64,000 nt of DNA from NCBI GenBank assembly GCA_013265495.1, contig MU057724.1, positions 620,001 to 684,000 on the forward strand. Reading direction: 5' to 3'. Shown here piece after piece: positions 25,770 to 37,700 of this stretch (position 1 is its first letter; each line of letters opens with the position of its first letter). This stretch comes from Vicugna vicugna (Eukaryota). A program made the position numbers and the translations under genes. The notes beneath the pieces were generated by a model. That model worked only from the letters and a program-made list of their open reading frames with translations, made no database searches and was not told where the DNA came from.

Positions 25770-26175
25770 TCTTTCAGCTCTTGTAGGTCTTAAAAGTCAT
25801 TATTTAGCCTGTGTTTTTGAAAGACTGCCCTCCCCTCCCCTGAAAAGAGTTCTCCGCTGACCGGTTTTCGTCCGTGTCGCTGTTTTAGACATGCTGCTCC
25901 TCTGCCGCAGGCTCGCGTTGTCGGGGTCCTGCTTCCAGGCTTCTCCTTGGTCCTCTGCTCAGTACGCCTTTTCCCCTTTCTGGGTGCTTTGAAGATTTCC
26001 CCGTTATCGCTGATTCTGAGCGCCTTGCCGACAGCGTCCTTGGTTTGGTTTCTTTGTTTTTATTATTTAGGTTTTGTGGTGCTTCTTGAACCTGTATGTT
26101 TATAGTTTTCATCAAATTTGGAAAAATTTCAGATACTTCTTCAAATATTTTTTCTCTTCCCATTTTCTCCTCTTA
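25770..26175 (-). mobile_element. L1 ORF1 remnant (non-functional)
   Basis: ORF 25885..26163 GREKIFEEVSEIFPNLMKTINIQVQEAPQ...KPR resembles L1 ORF1p (EKIFEEIMAENFPNLMKTINPQIQEAQ...TPRH). Confidence 0.85.
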
Positions 26176-26224
26176 GAACTGCTGAGCAGAAGCCTTCCCG
26201 CACTCAGTGTGGGCAATCCCGGGC

Positions 26225-26325
26225 CTTTTATTTCTTTTTAAATTTTTTAAAGTGGAGGGACCGGGGCTTGAACCCAGGACCTCGTCCATACTAGGCATGT
26301 GCTCTACCGCTGAGCTACCCCCCCC
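26225..26325 (-). mobile_element. tRNA-Ala-derived SINE, camelid Vic-1 type
   Basis: Minus strand GGGGGGGGTAGCTCAGCGGTAGAGCACATGCCTAGTATGGACGAGGTCCTGGGTTCAAGCCCCGGTCCCTCCAC plus A-rich tail; Pol III box A (TAGCTCAGCGG) and box B (GGTTCAAGCCC); anticodon stem broken; sits next to the old L1 ORF1 remnant. Confidence 0.88.
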
Positions 26326-28746
26326 GCCTCTTAAATTCAGGAGATGTGGCACCTGCTGCATGACCTCCTGGCTCCATGTGAGCCGCCGTCCTGCCGTCCT
26401 GCCGGAGGAAACGCTCTCTCCGCCTGGGGCTGGGAGGCAGCCCAGGGGAGGCTGAGTGATTGTGCCTGCTGGCTTTGGTGAGGTGGAGGGGGCCTGTCCG
26501 CGTTTCCCTGCCGTCTCCTGGAGCGCCGCTCTTACTTAGCTGCGTGATTTCAGAAACGGAATATCCCACGTAAAATTAAAGTTCTTTTTTTTATTTAAAA
26601 ATATTACATTTAGAACCCCTAGCATTCTGTCTGTGATTTCTAAATATTATTTCCCAATAAAAGAGACCAGAGAGTCTTAGGGGATTGGCTGATTCCTGGT
26701 GTGGGGCAGGAAGTGTACAAGGCAAGGCCAGAGCATATGGTCACTGAAGAAGTCAAAGCGCAGCGGGGTGTGCTGGGCCATGTTGAAGAGGCCGCAGGGC
26801 GCACCCTGAAGGTGGGCAGGTCGTGGGTCCTCCCGGTCACAGCTGTAACAGGTCGAGGTATCAGATACGGCTCACGCCTCCCCCCAGACAGGCCTTCCTG
26901 TGCAGGAAACGTCACAAGTGCCACACACACAGAGGATCAGGAGTCACTGGAATCCGTCCACGTCACCGCCCCACCGACTCGTTTTTCATAAAATGCGATT
27001 ACTGTGCAGCAGAGCCTTCCTACCGAACGGCGCTAACACTTACACTAAAAAAACCACCGAAGGGGAAGGAAATCTGCAGCTGAAGCCTTGACAGTGTGAC
27101 CGGGAAGCCTCGCATAAAGCGCTGCACTTCTCCTCACATAGCCCGCGATTTTTATCACATTCCGATGAATGGTTTACAACTTGGAGTCAGGTAAGTAACC
27201 AAAACAGTTAAAAAGTTAAGTAACCAAAAAACCCAGTTGTCGAGTGTCTTTATGTTTTTGCAATAAGATTTTCTGTACTTAAGCCTGAAGTCGGGATTCG
27301 AATGCTTGTCCACAAAGTGTTAGCAAGTTCAGTTTCAGAGGGATTTTTTTGGCCACAAAATGATCACTTTTATGCACTTTGCAGCCGGCTTGTCGATGCA
27401 CACTTGGGAAAGGGAGCAGTGTGACCCCTGGGCCAAGCAGACCCATTCAGTCAAGATCCGCCCGCTCCCAGCCCCGCCCACACATCTTGCCCAGCGTTTT
27501 CCTCTTTCTTTGTCTCCTGTGGTTTATTGCTTCATTCTGATCCTGACATCATAGGTGTCTGACAGCTGAGTGTTCCCGTGTGCAAAACGGAAAGCCTGCC
27601 TCTCGGCCAGTGGCCTCACGACACTCTCTCTGCCGTGGTTGCTGTCAACTGCGGTGAAGGACACCAGAGACGTGCTTTCGTTCACATCCCAGAGACCCCA
27701 GGAGGGTGACTGCGGGCAGCCGGTGCCCTTTGGGGGTCTCTGCAATTCCCCCCACCGGGCCCTGGGTTTGCACAGCATGTGCATCAAGGCCCACGGACAA
27801 CCTGAGTGATGCTCTCTGGGTGGACAGCTGTCCTTCCAGGGGAAGGGGCGTGTCCTGGGCCGTGACGCAGGGGACTTAGAGTTCTGGTGACTCTGTGTGA
27901 GGAAAGTGACATCACAACATTGTGGGAAGGGGTAACGCCACACTGGGAGGCTGCCGCTTTTCTGGTTAAAGCTGGCGAATGCTTTGGGCGCCCGAGTCCA
28001 GGCAGGGGAGGGCGGCTTTCAGAACCAGATCTGGGCTGACCTTGACCTCCTCCCCGTCCGGGCCCTCTGTGTGGCCCTCTGTTGCACTGTCAGTCACCAG
28101 CATACTGGGAAGACGCACAGCGTCTCAGGTGCTCGGGATCAGTGACTTTGGACGGTGCTCTTGTTCTGGGGGAGGGACAACCGTCAGTGAGGCCCAGGTG
28201 CTTCTGAGGCTGTTCTTGGGGGGGAGGGCGGAGCTGTAGGAGACATGAGCACGGGACACGCGTCCCAGTGATGCCTCTCGCCCCGCCCGACGCGGGGGCA
28301 GCTTCTGGAAAGAGGCGCTGAAGCTGACGTCCCCGAGCTGGTGGCGCTCAGGGTGCAGGGCTCAGGCCCACACTGGCCTCGCCACCCAAACCCTGTCCCC
28401 AGCAACAAGCAAGACGGTTTTTCAAGAACGATGGCCAACTGTCCACTCGGGTCGGGGACGCCACCGGCAGGGCGCAGCACTGCCCGCCCGGGCCCCTCCT
28501 CCATGGGGTTCCCACAGGGCGTCCCGGGTGCCCCCACTGCTGCCACCTCCACACTCCTGGGTCCCCAGAGCCCCGCCTTGGCCAACCGCACGGACCCCAG
28601 GCTGTTTCTTCTTCGACGAAGGACAGAAACGCACGGAATGCACGTACGTCGAAACCCCTTCACAGGTTTTCTGCTGAAACCCAGAAGAGGCTCATTTTTA
28701 GAACTCAGAATGACTTCAGTGCTGGGCTCCTGAGTCCACGTCTTCC

Positions 28747-28776
28747 ACCTCCGACCTCCGACCTCTGACCTCCGAC
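28747..28776. repeat. Heptamer tandem repeat (ACCTCCG)x4
   Basis: acctccg acctccg acctctg acctccg ac. Confidence 0.9.
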
Positions 28777-31700
28777 GGGCTGCCTTCTGACTGAGGAGGA
28801 GGTACGAACGTACCTGGGCCAGGGGTTACTTTCCCTCCTCCCCCCCCAACCATTCAGCTTTAGAGGCAAACTTTGGGTGTGATGGAGGATGGCGGAGGCT
28901 GGGGGCTCGGGTTCCAGCGCCCTTTGTCTGAGAGGCTTCTCTTCCGGCCCTTTCTTTCTGCACCCAGCTCCTTGGAGAGCGTCCCCACTGTGGCTGGAGA
29001 AGCAATGCCCAGAGCTGGTTACAGAGTGTGGCCGCTTCCAGTGAGTCCATCCCAGCCTCTCGGGCAGGGAGACGCGTCCTTCCCAGGGCTGATATCAATC
29101 AGCTCATCTTGCAGAGGCTGGACTGTGACGGCCAAGTTGTGACATGTTGTGCGTGGGGTCAGCGGCGCTTCTCCGTGCGGCTCAGAGTCCGTGCTAATGT
29201 TCCAGCGCCTGCTATCAAGACAAGATGGGTTTGGAAAGGCAGGGCCGGGGCATTTAGGATTTAGATTCAAATCCTGTGTCTCAGAGGGCACCTCGCCCGC
29301 CCCCCCCAGATCAGAAGGAGGTGGCCCCCAGACCCCCTGTGTGTCTCAGGGACTGGCGGGTCCACAGCCCCTCCTCCAGGCCACCCTTGATGCGGCCACG
29401 CCGGTCAGCACGTTGGGCGGGAGGGCCGAAGGGGCCTCCGCGTCTCTCTCTGGGTGAGTGGCCGTGGGGCTGGAAGAGTGGTTTGTGGACTGGACAGTGG
29501 GGACGCTCCCCGGCGCCTCGGGGTGGCTTTCCGTGGGCTGGAGCGGGGCCGGGTCATTGCCTCAGTTTCTTGTTTGGCTCCAGTGCAGACAGAGCTGGTG
29601 TAACGTGGGTTTGCAGTCAGGGTGTCTAGAAATGGGCAGCCTTCACCCGAGATAGTCCTGTGGGGCCGCCGTCACTCAGGGTCCGCCTGTCTCGGGTGCC
29701 AGATGGGGTCCTTCCTGACGCAGAGGCCCCCCCCGGGGGGAGCGGCCCCCACAGCACCCCTGCGCCCTAGGTCCGCCCGGTTAGGTGGCGGCGGTGTTTT
29801 CATGGGAAAGAACTACCATTTGCTCCTTTCCTTTAATTTTTCTCACATTCAGCACAGTGATTATATTAGCTTCCGATCTGACTGTTTGCGAAGTGTCTTC
29901 TGTTTTCCTCCAAGGGAGAATGTGTCCCAGTTGGAAGTGAGGTGCTTCCTCATCATGTCACCTTGCTCTTGAGAAGAGAGTCTATGGGGTTTTTGTATTA
30001 TTTGTTCACTCAGGCAGCTTGAAGTCTTTGCTCCTCTCCTCCGTCCTCCACAGCGAAGGCCGGCAGACCACAGGGCCAAGGGACATAAACCTTTTAACAT
30101 CACATTTCTGAGTGTTTTTTCCCTGGACTTAAAAAGTCTTAGGACTGTTACTCTTCATGGGTTGATGGCCAAACAGTTCTTTAAAATCATAGCATTTGCT
30201 TCCTGTCCTCAAGGGTCATGTGAAATCAACTACTCAAATATAGACCAGTTGCAAAACACGGGCTTAAATTAGATGGCTCCGGCTGCAGGGACAGTCCTGC
30301 CTGAGGGAAGGTGTCCTGGCCGTGGGGGCCGCGGATCCTGGGTGCAGGATCCCGGACCCTAACCCTCCCCAGCTCGGGTCTTGGCTCTGAGGCCCCAGCT
30401 GACCCGCCTGCCAGGCCTGGGGTTTTCCTGGCAGATGGGTGAATGCCCACCCTCCTTCCTTCACTGTTGTCCAGTCCCCAAGGAGGGACAGAAAGTGGAT
30501 GCCCCCCATGCATTTCCTGTGACACGGCCCCTCCCTGGGCCGGAAGTATCTCGGGGCCCCCTCTGTGGTGCAGACCGGACTCGGTTTAGTTGCACTGGGC
30601 TCCCTCGCACGCGGGCTCAGAAACGGCTCCGAGCATGATAGCTGAGTTAGTTCCTGAGCTGGCAGTGCAGCCAGGTATGGCTTCCCACACCAGGTTCATT
30701 GTTGGCGGAAAGTCCTGGGCCGTGGGGCCGCCGGTACCCCTGCACCTGTGCTCTGAGGGCTGCACGCCCAGAGGGGCTCTCTCCCCGCACCGTCTTGCAG
30801 ATGTGGACCCGTGACCTGAGCCAGAGGGAGGAGCCGGCCTCCCCGGGACACCGGCCAGAGGACGGTGTGCATCTTCCTGTCCGCCTCCGCCCCGGCGCAG
30901 CGTGCAGGCCTTTGCACATCCGGCCAGCCTGGGAGGGTGCGGAGGAGAGTGGGGACCTGTCGCCCCTCATCACTGCCGAGCAGTCAGTTTCCCTGGAAAC
31001 CTGCCCCTGTTGGGCCAGATGAGCTGTCGCAGCCCGAGCGGCCTTTCACTGATGCGCACGGCTTCTCCCCTGTTTACTCAGCACCTGCCTGCCGGTCAGA
31101 TCCTGTCAGATCCAGTGGTTCACGGGTTGTCTGCCACCCCCGGTCTCTCCCGCTCAGGTGCCTCATTGAAAGAAATAACTGTGGAAAATTCTCAGGGATG
31201 GGCAGGTGGACCAGCCCCAAGGGCTGAGGGGAAGAAGACGGTGCCGTCCAGGCCGGAACTGGGGGCGGGAGGGCCTCCCTGCCTCCCCGGGCTGCTTTCT
31301 CCTAACAGCTGGGGAGGGAGGGGAGCAATTAGCATCTGAAAGGAGAAGCTGCCTCTGCTGCCTTTACCCAGCGGGCGGGCGCAGCACACAAGGAGCACAC
31401 GTGTCTGGAAGGAGAAAGGTGCTTATAAATACAGTGGCGTCACTGAAATTAAGATCTGGCAGCGTTTCTATTATAAGCTCCCACCATCAGGGGTTTAAAA
31501 CTCTGCTGTGAGAACTCCAGGCCACGGCTCGGCAACCATGTCCTTCTGGGACCCGAGCCCCTTCCTCCGGGTGGCCCGCACCCCACCCCGTCGGCATCCT
31601 GGGAGCCAGAGGGCAGGCCCAGCGCCCTTGGGGCAGGGAAGGGGCCCCTGGCCCAGGTGGGCAGCCCCGCGGGCAGCTCTTTACTGGGTGTGGCACTTGC

Positions 31701-34700
31701 TCTGCACGTGACGCTTGCTCAGCGTCATCAGGGACTCCAGGACCAGTGACTGAGGTCCAGACATCACTGGACGCTGGTGCACGTTCAGGAAAACGCAGTC
31801 AGCACCACGCACTAAGGTGTGAGGGCGGAACATTTTCACAGCCAGCTTCTTTGCGGCCCGTCCTCAGCGAGGCTGCTGCCCCAAGAGGCTGTGTCCCCAG
31901 AGAGAGCGCGATGCTTTAGCTTTGACCCAGAAAATGAATGATCCATTGAAACAAGACTGGTGAGCAAACTGGTGCAGGGGCTCAGGGAGACAGTGGGGCA
32001 CGAGCAGGGCGTCCGGAAACAGCCGGCTAGCAACCTTGGGCCAACAGACAACCTTGGAGGGAGAGCTTCCCCTCGCTGAATGAGAGCGGCGTGCGGGGAA
32101 GCTGACCAGCAAACGCTCTGTCTTTGGGGATGAACCTGCACAAGCAAACCCGGGCCGGTGGGGCTCCAGGACCAGCCCCCCTCAGGGGAGGGGCTCCCGA
32201 GGCCCCCAGGGACCCACGTGGCCCCCAGGTTGTGCGAGGGGCTGGGTCTTCTAGGGCCGTCGCATCTGGTCGGGTCAGTCACCTCTGCTCTGTCATCACT
32301 GTCACCCGCATCTGGTGCCTTCCTGCCCCAGACACTAATGGGCCCTTTCCCTGCAGAAGCCGGCTGTCCCCAGAGACATCCCGAACAGTGAAGGAGGAAG
32401 AAAGATTCTTAAGACAGTGGATCAGGAGGCTTAACAGAGCCTGGAAGATGTGCCAAGAAGCTTGTAGGGCATTTAAATCAAAAAAAGAAAGTGACGATGG
32501 GTTGAAGGCCACATCGAACCTGATGCTCTGCGGGGAGCGGCCGGTCCCCCAGCTCAGCTGTCATCGTTGGTGGTCACGGGCGGGTCTGAAGTCAGGAAAA
32601 CGGCTTTCCTCAGCCCGCAGTCGTGGGTCGTGCTGACCTTGAACAAGTGTCAGCTCAGGGTCACCACGTCCATCACTTCTGCACCAGTGAGTTCAGTCTT
32701 ATCGAGGGAAGGTGACAAGCCCTGACCTCGTGTTCAGTTTTGTCAAAACCAGGGCTTAGCTGAGCTGCAGCGGACGGACCAAACTCCCCGAGGAAGAAAG
32801 TCCCTGTGAAAAGCGGCCCTTCGGCCTTGGCTGAGTCCAGGGCCACGAAAGGGAGAAGCAGAGTCCGGCCGCCTCTCCCACGGCTCGGCCTCCGCGTGGG
32901 TCCCAGGACGTGGCGAGGTCCGGAGGCTCTATTTCCATTTCACATCCCCTTCTCCCAAGTGGCCTGTGTGGTGCGTGCCCACCAGGGAGGCTCCAAATGT
33001 CAGTAGTAAAGTTCGAAGTCCCCTCCGGGGGTGGGGCGGAATGGCCACACGCGACAAGCATTTTAAAGGAAAACCAAGTGCAGTGCAACGCGCCCTCACC
33101 TGATTGGGCGAGAGGCCTTCTGGAGCGCAGAGTCCCCGACAAGTGTCTGTCCAGGTTCGTTTCGGAGACAAGCGGACACGCCAAGGCAGCCCGGGGGTCC
33201 TGTCGGGCCTCCTCCCGACCCTGCAGGGATACCCGCTGTCTCTTCTCTTGGACCTGCAGCCCTGGAGGGACCCACGGGCACCAGACCAGTAGAACACGTT
33301 AACTGTTAACTTACGGGTGAGAACCACCAGCCGACAGGCAAGAAGGTGGCAGCCCTCGGCAGCCGAGCGCTGGCCGGGCCCCTGCGCTTTGCACGGCTTT
33401 TGCTGCAGTGCTGTGGGCCTGGGACCTGAGGAGACCTAGCTGTGGGCAGAGCCTGGACAGGCCGCACTGAAGAGGCGCAGACACGTGGAAACACACCATC
33501 GCTCCACTTACTTCATAATTTGTTCTGCGCTGAGAAGTTTGCGGCTCATTCTTCATGAGTTTTCTTCAAGAGGGACACTTGAAATCTTTTATTTCATCTT
33601 TGAGTCTCCCAGATTTATATCAGCTCCTTGCAGCCGATGATAATGTTCTCCCAAATTAAACACAACACACATTACTCAGCGGAGCAGCCCGGAGCACACG
33701 GAGTTCCAAGTGATGCCTGAGTCGATTTTTTCTTGTGTTGAAGTTGCTGATTAAACTGTTTCGTTTGGTCATTATTCGTCCCCCCTTTTCCAGCGTTAAT
33801 CCTGCAGTGTCCCAGGGCCTCTGGCCATCAGTGGTGGGAGGGAGCCCGAAGGATGGCTTCTAATTCATTTTTTCTTGGTAAACAGCCACGCTGAGAGTGG
33901 GCTGGGCAGGTTCCCCACGGGCACGGTTCCAGCCGTGACACGCCTGTGGACAAGCCCTTCCCTCCAGGTGGGATGACACCTGTTGGGGGGGCACCTCTCT
34001 GTCACATAGAAACGCCTGCCTTTGGGACTGGACGCGATTCCAGGTCCTCGTGCTTGACCAGAGGGTCACTGTGGGTGTCAAGTTCCCAGAGTTTCCTTTT
34101 AAATTTCAATAATTCTCCGGCCTACGACATAACACAGCCGTGTGTTACTTAACTGAGAACTGGCCAGGGATTCGGTAACGAAGGGCTCCTGTCCCGGGAT
34201 GGCACGCCCTGCCTGGCAGAGCCCCACCCGAGTCCCAGGGGCATGTCAGCTGCTCGAGACCCCAGCTCCTGAGACGCAAGTGCAGCCCCAGCTGGGCGGG
34301 CGCGGCTCCAGCTCTGGGCCCTGTCCCTCGTCCGGAGACTTGGCTGCGCTGGTCCTGGAAGAGCACCCAGCCCTGCCCGTGACCTGCTCCACCTTGGAGA
34401 TAAAAACAAAAGATGTTCAATTGTTTGTCCTCCTGATGAGGCTTTTCTGAGTCCTGTTCCAATACTAGAATTGGAAATTTTCAATTCAATGTTTTTTCCA
34501 AAAGAGCAAATACAGCTTTCTTACCCTAGGGTCCCAGGAGAGCATAACTATTCAACAGTTTGAAGACATCACCACTGTTACATTAGCGATGATGGAAAAG
34601 CACACTTTTCTTACAAAATCACAAAAGTTGGGAAAGGGCCAAGTACCTGTTAACTGTGAAAGGAAGTGCACCCCAGGGCTCCCTCCGCCCTCAGTGGTGC

Positions 34701-37700
34701 TCTCCACACGACCCCCAGCGCCGGTCCTGCCCGGTAAGGGCTTGTGGTCAAGTCCAGGACGGAAGAGGTGGTGCCCTGGCTGTGGCTTTCTCCCCACCAC
34801 CGACTGTCAGCGGCCAGGCGGCAGCCCCAGGCAGTGAACAATGAAATAGGAAACGGTCTGCGGCAGATACCCCCTTCCCTGCCGTGTTCTGGCCACACTG
34901 GCCCGGTCAGGATGGAGACACTCAGATGCACGTGGCATGTGATCTGAGACGCTCCGAGTCTGTCCCCGGAGGGCCGTAAAAATGAATTCTTGTTTCCCTC
35001 CACGTCTTAAAAATGGGTAACAGAATTTAAAACAAAACGACTATTTCAAATATACACAAGTCATCCACCCACAAGTTGAAAACCTCATAAAATTTCCTAC
35101 ATTTAGAAACTTTCATGTCAAATATTAAGTTCTGAAGACAGAAGGATAACAAAATGGCCCAGTCTTGGAGAAAGCTTGCACAAACACCCAGCACATCGTG
35201 GGCATGGGAGGTTCGGGGTGAGGACCCGTGGTGTCCTGTGGGTGCCGACTTGCTCAGTGGCTGCAGTCGGGGTGCAGGCGACCTGGGGTGTGTGAGGAGG
35301 CCCAGCGCAGCCACATGAGGCTCGTGCACTTGAACCGCGTCGTCGTCTTCCAGCCCTGGCCTCCCTAAGCCCTCCTTCCTCACGGGGCCTGGACGTGCTC
35401 AGGGGGGCTGGGAGATCCCCGAGTCTCGCGTGGGGGGCTCTGGGGACATGTGCTGAGAACTGTTACGGGTGTGCTCCTCTCTGCCGTCTGATGTATCGCA
35501 TTTCCGCTTGATGGTCACGGGCTGGAGGACTTCTTTTCTGAATGACTCACTTTCTCTGGGTCAGAAGCCTCCTTGCGTCCTTAAAGATGCCAGAGACGTT
35601 AAATGCAGGTCTTATGTGCATAGTTAAACGCACGCAGCGAGCAGAGCTTCTGACAGCATGCACACAAGTTCCGTGTTTCCTGCTCCCAGGTGTTGGAGCC
35701 TGCTCGGGGTTCTAGTCTTGCTTGGCGCTGACTGGGACCTGCTGCGGACACGCACCGTGGGCGCTCAGGCCCTCATCTCGCCAGCAGCTGAGGCCCCGCC
35801 CCGCCTTCTGTCGGTCTGGGAGCAGAGAAGTGGAGAAGTGGAAACAAGCTGAGGAGCTTTCCCTCTTCCTGGCTGACCCCGCCCGCTGCGTCTCTGAAAT
35901 TCTGTGGAGCCAATCCTGCGACTGAATCTCCTAAGTGAATCCCAGCATAAAATCTAAAAAGATTGTTCGTCACCTTTGTTAAAAGTGGCAGAGATGCTGG
36001 GTTCACAGGCCTGTTAGGCCTTCACGTTCTTAGAACATCGTCCACGTTTCCTGAACGCTCCCCGTGGAAGAGCAGTTTGGAGCTCGGTGCTGGTTACTCC
36101 ACTGGGGGTGTCAGGGGTCTTCAGACCGGAGGACTAGGGGGACGGGTGGGCAAGACAGCGAATGGAAGACGACGGAGAAGATCTAAGCAAAAAAGACCTT
36201 GAACACCCAGAAATAAAACAAAGCAGTGACAAGAAAATTGTATCTGATCTGCATGAAATTTTATACTGAGAATTTTTTTAGTCAATTGAACATCAGACAT
36301 TCTTTATGCCAAGAAAGATGAACATTCTCTGATTTTTTGAAAACAGATCTTCCGCTCCCCTGATGCATGTGCTCCACGCCGCAGGGACTGGCGTCTTATT
36401 AAACGTCGGTGGTGGTGAGATCAGGTCCGAGTTGTAGGGCTGGGGCCTGGGGTCTGCAGAGACCGTGGGCGGGGAGCGGGGAGCGGTGGGCGGGCTCACT
36501 TCACACTCACCTTTAGCTCCAGATTAGACCTGCTGGGAAGGAGAAATGCAGTCTCCCCACGAACTTCAACACAAGCACGTCCACTGGGATCACGGGCTCA
36601 GGAGGGTGCCGTGACCTTGGCTGACGAAACGTCTGGGGCTGAGACCCAGGCCTGGGCCTCACGGTCTCCAAACGCACGGGCACCCCAGGCCGGAGGGCGG
36701 GGCGCGCCTTCCCATGAGCCCTGCTGGCGCGTCAGCGCTGCTGACCAGGGGGCTACGTGGGGACATTTTGGTTAGTTTCCATGGTAACTCATGGCCGTTT
36801 CCAGCTCGCTGTCCCCTCATGCCCACGCTCTCAGTACTTCCGATTTGGTGACCTCCCAATTTTAGATGGAAGGTAGACATTTCAGCCGTTGGAAATGAGT
36901 TCATGGAGCCCAGATCGCAGTCAGATCCAAGATTTCAAGTGCTCGTAAAAACCTGAGACTCTGCAGTACTGCTAAAATCCCAAACGCAGAGGAAAGCAGT
37001 CCCCGATCGGGGCACTTGCAGGGAACCCTCGTGGGCTCGGCTGCCTGGACAGTCTGTTAAACCTTCCCTGTATTAATGCAGCTTTGGAAGAAGAGGACCG
37101 AGTTAGGTTTAATGTCACAGTCAAAGCTCCACGAACATAGGAACTACAGCCCCAGGGCCGAGGTCGCCACGGAGGGGACGGAGCTGGTGGTGCGCACTGG
37201 CCTTGGGCGGGGCTGATGGTGCTGCTGTGTGAGGGAAGTCCGCCCCGTTAAGAAGCGAAGCGGAACCCTCGCCAAGGAGGAGGGCGGATGTGGGTAACAC
37301 AGGAGTTCGGGGTGGACGCCGGGTCTTGGGGTCGGCACGTCCTGCTTCTGTGTGAAGAGACTGGGGTCAGGACGTCCAGGGAGCGCTCGGCGTCTGCCTC
37401 ACCCTCCCGGCTCGTCTCCTGCCGCTCCTTGAAGCTGCTGGAGCTGCCGGTGGTCCCACTGGGAGCCTCTGTGGGAGCTGCCTCCCCCCCGGAGGGCATC
37501 GCTGCCCCAGCCCTTCCTGACCGAGGAGCCCGTCCCCCGCGCCTCAGTCTGGAAGCCTTGCCTTCCGTCCTGGGGCATGAGCACTGGTAACACCTCGTGT
37601 GGCCCCCAAACACAGACGGCCAAGGACAGAGACCTGCCCCCGAGGAAGCTACCGTGACCGGCCCGCACTCCCCAGCCTGGGCCGTCCTTCCCTGGGCTCT

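Noticed and set aside
25885-26163. L1 ORF1-like ORF as an active or domesticated gene
   Set aside because: Short fragment whose similarity decays within ~40 codons; no intact ORF2.
26252-26325. Functional tRNA gene
   Set aside because: The anticodon stem does not pair (CATGC vs GGACG) and an A-rich tail follows, so it is a tRNA-derived SINE.
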